A stretch of DNA of 62,955 nucleotides, counting the filler, from Octopus bimaculoides (Eukaryota), in NCBI RefSeq assembly GCF_001194135.2. It is 6 parts of 6 records of this genome, joined end to end, with 100 filler letters (N's around TTAATTAATTAA, not from the genome) between each part and the next. Parts side by side here need not be neighbours in the genome. Positions count along the whole stretch, not along the records: positions 17,114 to 31,293 come from NC_068984.1; positions 31,394 to 47,543 come from NC_068992.1; 4 more parts are not named here. One strand, given 5' to 3'. Every line of letters begins with the position of its first letter. The stretch's first letter is position 1. Both the position numbers and the translations under genes were made by a program. Of the stretch, positions 27,590 through 41,198 are shown piece by piece. Under the pieces are notes generated by a model. The model did no database searches and was not told the DNA's origin. It was given only the letters and a program-made list of their open reading frames with translations.

Positions 27590-27719
27590 AGTGTATCCAG
27601 AGAGACCAAGGAGGTAAGAAAAAAAAGAGAGGGAGGGAGGGTGAGAGAGAGAATAAACTTTATAAACATTGAATTGACAGTTTCCATTCTAAGTTCCTTC
27701 ACAAAATTAATGAGATACC

Positions 27720-28200
27720 AACATTCTTCAGGTTTGAAAATTGCCTTCCGCCAATTTATTTCTCGTTGAATTTACGTTAGAACTTCCATAGTTTATTGAA
27801 CGGCAAGTTTCCATCATTATTGCTATTCTGTCACGACCATTTCTTCAATGCCTTTGCCATTCATACGTTGCGTCTGGACTGAAGTGGATGCCTGCAATCC
27901 AACCGTAAGCAGATGTGTGCAGTTTTTAACAAAACTGTTAGCTTTTTTAAAAATAAAAAAACATAAATTTAAATCTTCTGATAAGGCCCTCAGACACCCC
28001 AATATGCATACGCTTTATTTTTCCTTCTTTTTTTTGCAATTGCTTCAAAGCTTCACTTATTATCGCAATCCAATCAATAGTTCACTTGGAATAGTCGATC
28101 AATATACAATATAGCAGCAATTACTCTTCATTTCTTTCTGCCTTCTTTTTACTCTTCTGACAAAAGTTTCTTCTTCACTTGAAAACTATGCGATTCGGTA
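27720..28200 (-). mobile_element. pogo/Tigger-like (CENP-B type) transposase remnant
   Basis: Minus-strand fragments EETFVRRVKRRQKE, KRMHIGVSEGLIRR (compare R.PISGPLI.EKA), SAYGWIAG (compare AS.GWL..F) and QRMNGKG (compare ..HGE.), in the expected order but heavily decayed. Confidence 0.4.
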
Positions 28201-28239
28201 ATTATGAAGCCACTTAGCAATTATTATAATTATTATTAC

Positions 28240-28276
<37 letters not shown>

Positions 28277-29156
28277 TTCATTATCATCTTCTTTCAGTTC
28301 TCTTACCATTTCTTGCCGAGTGTCTTCCTAATACCTAGGGCAGAGAAACGCATTGTATACAATGGTAGGCCATTAAAATAATCACACCAGATTGTTCATT
28401 CACAACGTCGTGTGATAGAGAAAAAGAGGAAGAAAGAAGGAAAGAAAAAGGAAAAAATATGAACTAAAAAAGTAAACAAAGAAAAAAAGGGGTAAAAGGA
28501 ACGAAAATTCACAGCGACAACGCTCTTCTCAGTACGTGACTAAACATGAACTGCTATTGGAACTTACATACCATGTACAGGAAACTTTTTTACCACTTCT
28601 ATACACCATTTTCCTCGAATAATGGAACTGCAACTACAAAAATCTTTATATTTTTTATTTCTACTTTTATTCTCTTATTTCCCTCTATATTCCCTATCTC
28701 ATCGTTTTCTACAATAATTTCAACTGAAATATTTTCTCACATCGTCTCTAATGAAGGGATATCCATAATATCCTAGAAACAGCTGTAAGATTATTTCATT
28801 ATAAATGTCCTGAAAACTCCTCACAGCCGTGGCTTTATTATCTGATTCTATATAATGTATGTGTGTATGTATGTATGTATGTATGTATGTATCTATGTAT
28901 GTATGCATGTAATGTATGTATGTATGTATGTACAGAATTTAAGTTAGTTGAAATATGTTTGTCGTACATTTCAACTGCTAAAAGGCAAATACACTGCAGT
29001 TACCGTGAAGAAAAATCTTCCTTGTGGTAAAAGTGTGAAAACACCCAGTTCATTCAGTGTCGCCATCTGTTAGGAATCTCAGACATCAATGGTCTGAGTT
29101 TTTTTTTTACTATTGTCAATGAGATGTACCTAAGAGAGGCAACTCTGAACGAACAC

Positions 29157-29482
29157 AGGCGTAGGAGTGGCTGTGTAGTAAGTAGCTTGCTTACCAACCA
29201 CATGGTTCCGGGTTCAGTCCCACTGCATGACACCTTGGACAAGTGTCTTCTACTATAGCATCGGGCCGACTAAAACCTTGTGAGTGGATTTGGTAGACGG
29301 AAACTGAAAGAAGCACGTCGTGTCTGTTTGTGTGTGTGTGTGTGTGTGTGTATGCTTGTGTGTCTTTGTCCCCCCCCCAACCATCGCTTGACAACCGATG
29401 CTGGTGTGTTTACATCCCCGTAACTTATCGGTTCAGAAAAAGAGACAGATAGAATAAGTACTAGACTTAGAAAGATTAAGTC
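29157..29482 (+). mobile_element. SINE family B, interrupted by an N-gap
   Basis: aggcgtaggagtggctgtgtagtaagtagcttgcttaccaaccacatggttccgggttcagtccc head with internal (TG)n; matches 55851-56281. Confidence 0.85.
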
Positions 29483-30078
29483 NNNNNNNNNNNNNNNNNN
29501 NNNNNNNNNNNNNNNNNNNNNNNNNNNNNNNNNNNNNNNNNNNNNNNNNNNNNNNNNNNNNNNNNNNNNNNNNNNNNNNNNNNNNNNNNNNNNNNNNNNN
29601 NNNNNNNNNNNNNNNNNNNNNNNNNNNNNNNNNNNNNNNNNNNNNNNNNNNNNNNNNNNNNNNNNNNNNNNNNNNNNNNNNNNNNNNNNNNNNNNNNNNN
29701 NNNNNNNNNNNNNNNNNNNNNNNNNNNNNNNNNNNNNNNNNNNNNNNNNNNNNNNNNNNNNNNNNNNNNNNNNNNNNNNNNNNNNNNNNNNNNNNNNNNN
29801 NNNNNNNNNNNNNNNNNNNNNNNNNNNNNNNNNNNNNNNNNNNNNNNNNNNNNNNNNNNNNNNNNNNNNNNNNNNNNNNNNNNNNNNNNNNNNNNNNNNN
29901 NNNNNNNNNNNNNNNNNNNNNAGAGGCAGTATTAATGCCGAGAGGTAATATAAATTCCCACTTAAACATGGATGTCTTGTTAGAATAAACTACTTTACTG
30001 CAGTAGATGCCATATTGTATGTGCGTGCTTGTATGTATGCATGTATGTATGTAGTACGTACGTATATATACATACATA

Positions 30079-30200
30079 TGTATACATATTAACACACACA
30101 CATACATGCATACATAAACATGTATACATATTAACAGTCACATACATGCATACATAAACATGTATACATATTAACACACACATACATGCATACATAAACA
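30079..30200. repeat. Tandem repeat of about 40 bp, 3 copies
   Basis: tgtatacatattaacacacacatacatgcatacataaaca at 30079, 30121 and 30161. Confidence 0.8.
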
Positions 30201-30238
30201 CGTACATACAAACATACATACAAGCATACAAACATACA

Positions 30239-30271
<33 letters not shown>

Positions 30272-31211
30272 TACATACATACTTACGGAGAAATTGGAAA
30301 AGAAACCGACGCGGATTCTCTAAATCCAATCAATTAGTCGCATGATGAAGATTTGTGAGAGATCCGTATGTGAATAGATGCATTCACTTGAGAGTATGCC
30401 TCAACAGCTCAACCAACACACCAACTCGACCTCATATTTACAAACACCTGGAACTCCCTTAACTCAAAAAGTCTTGTCGCTTTATTAGCGACCAGCTTGA
30501 TTTCTCTCAAGAAGGACTTAAATAAAACTCAAGGATAAGCATACATACATATATACTGACTCTCAATAAAACCGGTCTTCTTTTGTTGTTGTTCCTGTTG
30601 ACATGTCATTTTGCTCCAATCACATCTTTTCTCACTCCTCCATAACAAATTTCCCGTCCCTTACCCCATTTGTTTTCCTTTTATTTTTTCTCTGATTCAT
30701 TTCATCCTTTCATTTCTCTCTTATATTTTCCATTACAAAGTATATATTCATTCCTCTGTACAGATTTATTTATTCGCTCTGAAAAAGACCTCCTCCAAGC
30801 ATTGAAACCAAATTAACTCTTTATTGTGTACTTTAATATAAAGTAAAAACCTCATGTATGCACACATACTACTGTATGAAAAATGTCAACATATGAACAG
30901 AAAAGACTATGTGTGTATATATATATATATGTGTGGTGTGTGTGTGTGTTTGCGTGTGTGTGTGTGTGAACCTATGTATTCGTAAGTAAATATGTTTTGT
31001 TGACAAAATATTTCTCTTTGTTGACTCATTTTGCTAAGGTCTTTTCAGTACAATAAATACTTTATACGAAAGTGTCTACGGCTGGCCCTGAGCAATTACT
31101 CACAGTACGTACCTGACAAACTACACACACACACACACACATACATACACACACACACACACATACACACACACACATACACACACACACATACACACAC
31201 ATATATATGTG

Positions 31212-31253
<42 letters not shown>

Positions 31254-31257
31254 GATA

Positions 31258-31293
<36 letters not shown>

Positions 31294-32106
31294 NNNNNNN
31301 NNNNNNNNNNNNNNNNNNNNNNNNNNNNNNNNNNNNNTTAATTAATTAANNNNNNNNNNNNNNNNNNNNNNNNNNNNNNNNNNNNNNNNNNNNATAAATA
31401 TATATATGTAGATATATACATATATATATATATATATGTATATAAATATATATATGTAGATATATACATATATATATATATTTATATATATGTATGTATA
31501 TATGTATATATATGCATGTATGTATATATGTGTATAGATAGATAGATAGATAGATAGAAAATGGAATGATGAGCAGACAGATGGACAGACAGACAAAAAT
31601 ATAGATGGACAACTGGAGGCATAAACAAGAGGATGGCAAGACAGACGGACGGAGAGAAAGATATGGAAAAAAAAAGAAGAATTTTGTAGTTTCGGCCCAG
31701 TATCATACACATGGCTAGATTTTCTCTAATCTTTCCAATGGATAAACCTCTAAAATCACTTTTATTATTAAGCAGTCATTACCACAATTCTTCATTAACA
31801 TTTCATTCTCTCCTTCCCAAAACCCCTGCCCATCTTGTCAGAGACACACTCTTCTACAATCAATGTCTTATGAATAGATAAGTGGCTGGAAGCAAAATCT
31901 TTCAAGTAATCTCAAGTAAAATCATAGAGCAGATTAAAGCAGAATGGATTAACTTGTATATATTGAAATAGAAGATTGTAAATGTTACAATGCAACAGCG
32001 ACATGCTTCTATGCTAACATTTTCAAGTGGATTACAAGTGTTTAGACCTGTATGTGTGTGAAAATATGAGTGGGCATATCTGTCTTTCAACACATGTATA
32101 TATATA

Positions 32107-32195
<89 letters not shown>

Positions 32196-32925
32196 TAGTG
32201 GGCATATCTGTCTTTCATCATATATATATATATATATATGCATATATCCATACATATATATACATACCTACATCTATATGTATACATACATGCATATATG
32301 GGTACAGGACATCAAAAGAATGTTAATCACAATGAGAAACGAAAACATAGAAAACGAATNNNNNNNNNNNNNNNNNNNNNNNNNNNNNNNNNNNNNNNNN
32401 NNNNNNNNNNNNNNNNNNNNNNNNNNNNNNNNNNNNNNNNNNNNNNNNNNNNNNNNNNNNNNNNNNNNNNNNNNNNNNNNNNNNNNNNNNNNNNNNNNNN
32501 NNNNNNNNNNNNNNNNNNNNNNNNNNNNNNNNNNNNNNNNNNNNNNNNNNNNNNNNNNNNNNNNNNNNNNNNNNNNNNNNNNNNNNNNNNNNNNNNNNNN
32601 NNNNNNNNNNNNNNNNNNNNNNNNNNNNNNNNNNNNNNNNNNNNNNNNNNNNNNNNNNNNNNNNNNNNNNNNNNNNNNNNNNNNNNNNNNNNNNNNNNNN
32701 NNNNNNNNNNNNNNNNNNNNNNNNNNNNNNNNNNNNNNNNNNNNNNNNNNNNNNNNNNNNNNNNNNNNNNNNNNNNNNNNNNNNNNNNNNNNNNNNNNNN
32801 NNNNNNNNNNNNNNNNNNNNNNNNNNNNNNNNNNNNNNNNNNNNNNNNNNNNNNNNNNNNNNNNNNNNNNNNNNNNNNNNNNNNNNNNNNNNNNNNNNNN
32901 NNNNNNNNNNNNNNNNNNNNNNNNN

Positions 32926-32966
<41 letters not shown>

Positions 32967-32984
32967 TATGATTGTGTCTCTGTG

Positions 32985-33171
32985 TGTGTCCCCCACCATT
33001 GCTTGACAACCAATGTTGGAATGTTTATGTACCCGTAACTTAGGGATTTGGCAAAAGAGACTGACAGAATAAGAACTAGGCTTACAAGGAATACATCCTG
33101 AGGTCTAATTGCTTGAATAAAGGTAGTGCTCCAACATGGCTGCAGTCAAATGACTGAAACAAGTAAAAGAA
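32985..33171 (+). mobile_element. SINE family B, 3' half
   Basis: gtccccccaccattgcttgacaacc...gcagtcaaatgactgaaacaagtaaaaga. Confidence 0.75.
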
Positions 33172-33244
33172 TATATATGTATGTATATATATATATGCAT
33201 GTATATATATATGTGTGTGTGTGTGTGTATGTGTGTGTGCATAC

Positions 33245-33572
33245 TACTGGCACTCCGTATGTTCAACGATGACGGTTCCAATTGATCCGATCAATGGAAC
33301 AGCCTGCTTGTGAAATAAGCATGTAAGTGGCTGAGCACTCCACAGACACGTGTACCCTTAACATAATTCTCAGGGAGAATCAGCATGACACAGAGTGGGA
33401 CAAGGCTGGCCCTTTGAAATAAAGGTACAACTCATTTTTACCTGCTGGGTGGAATGGAGCAACGTGAAAGGAAATATCTTGCCGAACGACAGAGAGCATC
33501 ACCAGGAACTGAACCCCTGAGTTATATAATCGTGAGCCAAATACCCTAGCCACTAAGCCATGCACCTTCACA
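33245..33572 (-). mobile_element. SINE sharing the family A tail with a different tRNA-like head
   Basis: Reverse complement of the family A tail (ggcactccgt...gatccgatcaatggaacagcctgc) joined to a gtgaaggtgcatggcttagtgg head. Confidence 0.7.
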
Positions 33573-33982
33573 TTTGACAGAATAGTCTGAGAAAAATGAA
33601 GGGAAGACCGAGTACCAGAATAGTCTGAAAACTGAAGGGAACACTGAGTTCCAAATGCCAATAGTAACTAGAATTTAGATGACAGTTGCTACTAGTAACT
33701 GACTAGTTGATATCTAGGTAGGTGCTTGTTTGAAATTGTTATTGGTGTCACTACTAATTCATAATGCATTTACGTCAGAGAGGAATGATATTAAAAAAGG
33801 AAAGAGGAAAAGAGAGACGTTGTGAACAAATAGAAGTGGTTGGGAATGAAGGAATTTGAGAGGATTGAAGAATGGAAGGAGATAAGTAAAGGAAATGACG
33901 GTAAGAAGAAAGAAGACAGGCAGGAAGGAAGGAAGGAAAGAGTTGTGGTTGGTTATTTTTGTTGGAATATAGATTTTGTTGA

Positions 33983-34023
<41 letters not shown>

Positions 34024-34656
34024 CACACACACACACACACATGCATATACACATTCATATATTACATATGTATATAGACACACGTATATATACATGTGCA
34101 TGCACAGATATATACATATATCCGTATACATACACATGTATATAAACATCTACACACATATATATATATGTACATGTATATGTATGTACAATATAAATAT
34201 GTACATACATATACACATACCCACACAAACACATATATATATCAATATACACACATTCATTAATACACTCATATGCCCACTCGTACATACACCCACTCAT
34301 ACATCATACACACGTGCACGCACATGCACATGCAGACACACACATACATATATACATATATGTACATAGATACACATCAACTTGCTTATCATCGCTATAT
34401 CAGCTATATAGCCTGAATGTAGTGAAAAGTATACAGCAGACATCTGAATGCTAGGCTGGTGTAGTTAGTCTGTGTGTAGAGTGAAAAATCAATGTGAAAG
34501 TCACAATAAACTACTCAAATAAACCGATAGTTCATAGTGATAATAAGGCAGTATAGACGAGTCTGATACGAAACTGCTCATCTTTATAGTATTATTTATT
34601 TCATTCATCAGTCTGAGAGAAGAGGAAGTGAATGTAGTGAATGTAGATCTTTGAGT

Positions 34657-35050
34657 GGAGGCGCAATGGCCCAGTGGTTAGGGCAGCGGACTCGCGGTCA
34701 TAGGATCGCGGTTTCGATTCTCAGACCGGGCGTTGTGAGTGTTTATTGAGCGAAAACACCACAAGCTCCACGAGGCTCCAGCAGGGGATGGTGGTACTCT
34801 TTCACCTGCTGTACTCTTTCACCACAACTTTCTCTCACTCTTACTTCCTGTTTCTGTTGTGCCTGTAATTCAAAGGGTCAGCCTTATCACACTGTGTCAC
34901 GCTGAATATCCCCGAGAACTACATTAAGGGTACACGTCTCTGTGGAATGCTCAGCCACTTGCACGTTAATTTCACGAGTAGGCTGTTCCGTTGATCGGAT
35001 CAACTGGAACTCTCGACGTCGTAAGCGACGGAGTGCCAACAACAACAACA
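34657..35050 (+). mobile_element. SINE family A, full length, 10-bp TSD
   Basis: Head ggaggcgcaatggcccagtgg; (CAA)n tail; TSD agatctttga at 34645-34654 and 35050-35059. Confidence 0.9.
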
Positions 35051-35263
35051 GATCTTTGAACATTAGACAGATGCAGTTTAAGAGTATGTGTGATTGTGGT
35101 TATTTTAATTAGTGTTTTGATATGGAATTATAAGCTGGTGGTTAGGATGGAAACGTGAGCAGATATTTCAAAGAAATGTGCGGCTGCAGATGCTATGAGA
35201 AGAGTGTTTTGTTTTAGAAATTTGAAAAAATTCCCCGAAGTTGAAATGTATGCCACAGGTGTG

Positions 35264-35585
35264 GCTGGCGGTGTGGTAAGAAGTTTGCTTGTGAACTCCA
35301 TGGTTGTGTGGGTTCAGTTCCATTGTGTGACACCGTGGGCAAGTGTCTTCCGCTATAGGCTTTGGCTGACCAAAGCTATGTGAGTGGATTTTGGTAAATG
35401 GAAGCCTGTCGTATGTGTGTGTGAGTATGTATGTTTGTGTGTATGTGTGTGTCTGTCTGTGTGTGTGTGCATGCATGTGTGTGTGTGTGTGTGTGTATAT
35501 CTGTGTGTGTGTGTGTTTGTCTACCATCACTGCTTAACAACTGGTGTTGGTGTCTTCACATTCCCTTAACTTGACAGTTAGACAG
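35264..35585 (+). mobile_element. SINE family B, diverged
   Basis: caggtgtggctggcggtgtggtaagaagtttgctt...gtgagtggattttggta... Confidence 0.7.
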
Positions 35586-35679
35586 GCAGATAGACAGACA
35601 GACAGACAGATGAGTGGACAGACGGATGGACGGACGGACGGACGGACAGATATGAACCAGTGCTACTTCAATACTTTAG

Positions 35680-35897
35680 TATTTAAACTGGCCATATCAG
35701 GGCCCAAATATTCCGTTTCTTTTATATTCAAACTGACCAGATTTGACCTCTTACACCTACCATACAATGTCATTCTAAAAATACACACTCTCATCATTGA
35801 AATCTTGAAGCAGCATGATACTACAGGATTAATTGAAACCAATTTGAATAAATAAGCGTTATAGTTGACAGAATAATCTGAATGCCAAAGGGATAAA
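35680..35897. mobile_element. piggyBac-like MITE, decayed ends
   Basis: Right end gaatgccaaagggataa resembles an AAAGGG|TTAA terminus; the left end ctttagtatttaaactgg is a degraded counterpart. Confidence 0.4.
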
Positions 35898-35911
35898 TGT
35901 TAATTTACATC

Positions 35912-36462
35912 AACCCTTTTGTTACGATCTTTCTGCTGAAAGCCCAGCCTTTCTTTCAACCGATTTTGAAGAGAATGAAGAATTTAGTAAAGTTACCTTG
36001 TCATTATAAACCGGATATTTGGAACATATATGGGCATGAAATTTTGAAGGAAGATTTTAATTGAGATTACTTTAAAACCGTGAATGTGTGTGGCATAGAG
36101 GTCAAGGAATTTGGCTCACTGTCGTAAGGTCATGAGGTCAATTCCCCCGGCAACATGTGTCCTTAAGCAAGACACTTTATTTCACGTTGCTCCAAGCCAC
36201 TCACTTACCAAAAATAAGTTTTACCTGTAATTCAAAAGGTCAGCCTTGTCACATTCTATGTCGCACTGAATCTCCCTAAGAACTACATGTGTCTGTAGAA
36301 TAGTCAGCCACATGCTTCTTAATTTTCATGAGCAGGCTGTTCTGTTGATCAGATCAACTGGAACCCTCATTGCTGTAACTGATGGAGTGTCACTTTAAAA
36401 GAAGAAGGTTTTATAATGGAACCAGGAGCAATTTTGGCTTGATCGGTAACATAAGGGTGAAC
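35912..36462. mobile_element. piggyBac-like MITE split by a SINE insertion
   Basis: Ends aaccctttt gttac and gtaacataagggtgaa are inversely complementary; interrupted at 36078-36400. Confidence 0.5.
36079..36391 (+). mobile_element. SINE (family A tail, gtgaa-type head) with 9-bp TSD
   Basis: TSD actttaaaa at 36069-36077 and 36392-36400; homologous to 33245-33572. Confidence 0.75.
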
Positions 36463-37143
36463 CCTTACCATTTGAGTATGAGATATATTTGGTTCTGTGC
36501 ATGTACACTTGAGAAGCAGGAACTGATTTAACTCATTTGTTATTGTGAGGTACTCTCCATAATTCTCTACATTTCATATGACATAGTATGCATGTTTCAT
36601 TCATACAGGCCAACAGAAAGGGGTTTTAAGAACTGATTTACATATGATTAGCATATTACATCACCAACAAAAAATTAATCAGTGAAGTAAGAATTAATCT
36701 ATCAAGCCTAACCTATAGCATCAATGAATGTAAGGCAAAAGAATATCTGCAAAAAATATCTCTAAGAAGTTAAATATCCCGAATTTAGCCAAACTTTTCA
36801 ATCTAACTTCCAATAACTTACTGACAATTTCTTATCAAAACCCAAGAGATTTCGAACTCAGAATACGAAGCAATCATAAAATATCTATCTACATCTAGTT
36901 TATCATTGTGTCAGTCATTCAATGTAAACGATGCCATCCATCATTCTTGTGCTTTCAGGCAAAAATATATGGATGTATAGCAGAAAAACCTGCTCGACCA
37001 TTGATGTCAGTCTGTACAATTTTACATGGAACCAATATAACTTTCCTTCTTTTTTCAGTTTTGTCTTCATGGAAATAAAACAAAACTTCCAAATTTAGAT
37101 GCATAAAAGGAATTAACCTTTCAGCATTCACATTAGTCTGTCA

Positions 37144-37360
37144 AAGCAGCAAACTGGCAGAATTGCTAACACATTCGGCAAAATGCTTAACAGCATTTCG
37201 TCCGTCTTTATGTTCTGAGTTCAAATTCCACCGATGTTGACTTTGCCTTTCATTCTTTCGGGGTCGGTAAAATCAGTGCCAGCTGAGTACTGGGGTTGAT
37301 GTAATTGACTTGCAGCCTCCCCTACGATTGCTGGCCTTGTGTCAAAATTTGAAACCAATA
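37144..37360 (+). mobile_element. SINE family C, diverged
   Basis: aagcagcaaactggcagaattg...ttctgagttcaaattccaccgatgttgactttgcctttcatt...ggccttgtgtcaaaatttgaaacc. Confidence 0.75.
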
Positions 37361-37384
37361 TTGTTGAAGCAAGTGAAGTTATTG

Positions 37385-37845
37385 GCACCCGTGCTAGTGG
37401 CATGTAAAAAGCACCATTCGAGCGTAGCCAATGCCAGTACTGCTTGACTGGCCCCTGTGCCGGTGGCATGTAAAAAGCACCATTCGAGCGTGGCTGATGC
37501 CAGTGCTGCCAGACTGGGCCCCATACCAGTGGCACATAAAAAGTACCATTTGAGCGTGGCCAATGCCAGTACTGCCTGACTGGCCCCTGTGCTGGTGGCA
37601 CATAAAAAGCACCATTTGAGCGTGGCCAATCCCAGTACTGCCTGACTGGCCCTCCTGCTAGTGGCACATATAAAGCACCCACTACACTCTTGGAGTGGTT
37701 GGCATTAGGAAGGGCAACCAGCTGTAGAAACTCTGCCAGATTGGATTGGAGCCTGGTGCAGCCATATGGCTCGCCAGTTCCCAGTCAAACCATCCAACCC
37801 ATGCCAGCATGGAAAGTGGATATTAAACGACGACGACAATGATGC
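37385..37845 (+). mobile_element. RTE-related short element family D with an internal 66-bp tandem array
   Basis: Body ...actacactcttggagtggttggcattaggaagggc...ccatgccagcatggaaagtgga...(GAC/GAT)n, as at 41196, 54492 and 62735. Repeat units start at 37399, 37465, 37531, 37597 and 37663. Confidence 0.8.
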
Positions 37846-37867
37846 AGATTATTTTGATGCTTAATAA

Positions 37868-38100
37868 AAGCAGCAATCTGGCCAAATCATTAGCAGACTG
37901 GGATAAATGCTTTGCAGCATTTCGTCCATCTTGACTTTCTGAGTTCAAATTCTGCTGAGGTCGACTTTGTCTTTCATCCTTTCAACATTGATAAAATAAG
38001 TACCAGTTGAATACTGAGGTTGATGTAATCAACTTGCCCCCCACACACACACACCTACTAAGCAGAACTTGCTGGCCTTGTGCCAAAATTTGAAACTAAT
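37868..38100 (+). mobile_element. SINE family C, diverged
   Basis: ttctgagttcaaattctgctgaggtcgactttgtctttcatcc...ggccttgtgccaaaatttgaaac. Confidence 0.7.
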
Positions 38101-38521
38101 ATATATTTGTTGTCTGACAAAAATTAGCAATGTCTTGTGTTTTGTCCACATTGTCAGAAATTTTTAGCTGAAAAATAATTTGGTTTAATTATTCAAAAGA
38201 AGCTAAAGCCATGACCTAGCAGAATCATTACCACATCAAATAAAAGGTTTGGTAGCATTTCTTCCAACTCAGTAAAAATGGATTAATAATTTCTTCCTGA
38301 TTTTAACTAAAATATTTATCATTGTTATTATGTTGTATCCTCAAGCAAAACAGATAACAGCTTATTCCAAGCTGCTTGAATGAAGAAGAAAACAAATTCT
38401 GCTCCTAAACAAGCTCAGCTTCTATTTCAAGGTTGAGTGGTTCCCAGTAGGAAGGGTATGACAAGTAGTTTGACTATTATGCAGGCTTGGATAAATTGGT
38501 GCAAAACAATTCTTTAGAACT

Positions 38522-38720
38522 CAAAGCAGACCATCATCGTCATCATCCTTTAACGTCTGTATTCCATGCTAAAATGGGAAGGAAGTTTTGAGAAGATCTG
38601 ACGAACCAGAAAGCTGTGTTGGGCTCTAATGTCTATTTTAGCAAGGTTTCTACGACTGAATGTTCTTCCTAATGCCAACAACTTAGAGTTCACTAGGTGC
38701 ATTTTTTCATGGCACCAAGT
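38522..38720 (-). mobile_element. Family D element, diverged
   Basis: catcatcgtcatcatcctttaacgtc...ccatgct...cttcctaatgccaac. Confidence 0.6.
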
Positions 38721-40429
38721 GAAGCACTAGTGAAGTCACCAAGTATTTTGCAAGAGAAAGGTGATGTAGAATTGAAGAAAATGGCTTTGTACCAGATGTT
38801 GAGAGGTTAAGGCATGGTAGGAGGACAGATACAGACATGTTGCTGAGGAGAAGATGCATGGTTAACCAATCAATCATAAATGCCCTACGCTGTAGTAATT
38901 TAGCTTTTCATATCATTGGGAAATCAAATTAATGTAACATTGCAAATGCAATTTAAAAATGAGAAGACAGTGTAAGAACAGTTTAGGCTTATGTCATTAC
39001 CTGAAAAAAAAGTGATGTTTGTCTAGTTCTCCACATTCTGTGCAAATATTGACTAAATTTAATGTTCTGTTGTGACACAGTTTTAGGTTGCGAAAATAAT
39101 ATACAGTCATGTTTGCCACAACGGAAAAAAATCTTTGGAAAGAAGATTTTCTGTTTTATCTCCCTGTCCCCCACAACATCAGTATCTTTTGACGATCACA
39201 GAGGAATTGCCTACAGAGATGGAGACTCATTAATGTCTATAATCAAATACAACACAACAAATATATAGTGATATTATTGTCTCCTCTAATTTTAGAGATA
39301 ATTTCACCACTGTTTCTGCCAATAAAGTAAACCAACCTTTAATAGAAAAAACATAAATAAGAAGAAACAAGAAAGAAAGAGAAAGAGAGGGAAAGAGAGA
39401 ATGCCTTCTCTACCTTAGCTAAACCAAAACTCTAAAGAAAATAGAAGAAATCTATAGATATAACAGGAAAAATTAGCAAATGATAACAAAATGATAAAGT
39501 TAAAACCATTTACGAGTTAAGTGAACATCAAAAGCGAAAGGAAATCTAAACGATCTCTCTTGACAAGTTCGTTAAAACTAACATCAAGAGAGAGAAGAAA
39601 TAAACTGTGATAAAAGGTAATATTTGTTGTTCTTTTCCTTGGTATGGTGATTGTGGTTTCTTTTTCCCCTATTTCTGACATCGGTGATTACATAACATAA
39701 CCATTGATAACAGAAACATTAACGCTGTTAATAATAAATTAAGTGAAATTACAAGAGGCTGAATAACATTTAGATTATTCAAGAAGGAAGTAAACGATCA
39801 GAGGCAAAAGCTAAAAAGGAAAGAAACCAACAAACAAACACAACACAAAGAAGGTAAAAATCAATGCTGGCATCGAATAAGATAAGTACTAAAACTAATC
39901 AAGCTGGTATCACAACTGGATGGAAGCTCTCATAAGTTGTTTATGGCAATATTAAGAACATACACACACAAAGACACACTCACACATACATACAGAAATA
40001 AATAACTCTTTAAGGTGATAACCTTCCGACTCAACAAGGTTACACAATAAAAAAACCTCTATTTAACAGATTAATGTTATAGTCCAAAATACTTCAATAT
40101 AATACTTATAAATGAGTCTGTTAAGAAAAATTTAGCTTCATTAAAACCGACATTTGTTTATTTTTAGTTTTTAATAACATCTTTTTTTCTGCCAGATTAT
40201 CTTCAATCTTTTTTTTTTTTAAGATGGCAAGTAGTAGATAATAAACATGATAATTTAGATACTACTAAATAATTCTACAAACTTATCAGTATCATCTTAA
40301 TTATTATATCCCCATTGTATTCTTCGCCATTACATCCATAGCTGGTATTATGGCTATCAACGTTAATGCTTTCCTCTGTCTCCATTTCTGAAATCAAAGC
40401 CACTCCAACCATCTTTGTCACCATATCCT

Positions 40430-40590
40430 CTCATTAGGTGTGCATTCCAGCCATAGAAACCATGCCAAGACAGACAATTGGAGTCTGGACAGCTCTTTGG
40501 CTGGCCAGCTCCTGTTAAAAAACGTCCAACCCATGCTAGCATGGAAAATGGACGTCAAACAAAGATGAAGATGATGATGATGATAAGGAC
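40430..40590 (+). mobile_element. Family D element 3' part
   Basis: cgtccaacccatgctagcatggaaaatggacgtcaaac...(GAT)n. Confidence 0.65.
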
Positions 40591-40975
40591 GATGATTCAG
40601 TGATTTAATTGCATCCTTTTTAAAGTGTAGATCAGTGGTTCTGTATGACCCATGGTGGGTCCGTGTAAGATTGTTGGAGTCCAAGATAGTGAATAGCAAA
40701 ATTGTAAATTGGGGTTCCACAGAAGTATTTTAAAAGTCTAAGAAAAATGTTGCTTTTGATGTCTTCATTGGAAGAAACAGCTGGGTTTCTTTCTCTGAGA
40801 TTTTACAGAGTTCAACCTACACAGGTTAATGTGTGGAAAACAATACAAGAACTTGAAAGAAATATCTGTAAAGCTAGTTTCTAAACATTAACCCTTTCAT
40901 TGCCAACCCGGCTGAAACTAGATCTGGCTCTGAGTACAAATGTCTTTATGTGAGTTCGCATGTTGAAGCATATTC

Positions 40976-41161
40976 TGTTGTGTCTGGGGAGAGTCATTCT
41001 CTTTTGGTGCCTTAAAATTCAACAGACACACCGTTAAAATTTCCACTTAAGGTTGCTAGCCACAACGAAAATTTTAGAAAAATAAAAAAGAAATTAGCAG
41101 AAATTTTACCAGTCAGTGTGTTAAATTATAAAGCACCAAAAGAGAATAACTCTCCCCAGAC

Positions 41162-41167
<6 letters not shown>
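40976..41167. mobile_element. MITE of about 190 bp with TIRs of about 49 bp
   Basis: tgttgtgtctggggagagtcattctcttttggtgccttaaaattcaaca versus tgttaaattataaagcaccaaaagagaataactctccccagacacaaca; right end abuts (TA)n. Confidence 0.85.

Positions 41168-41195
<28 letters not shown>

Positions 41196-41198
<3 letters not shown>

Noticed and set aside
37399-37690. CRISPR-like array
   Set aside because: Contiguous 66-bp tandem units with no unique spacers, no cas genes, and a eukaryotic context.
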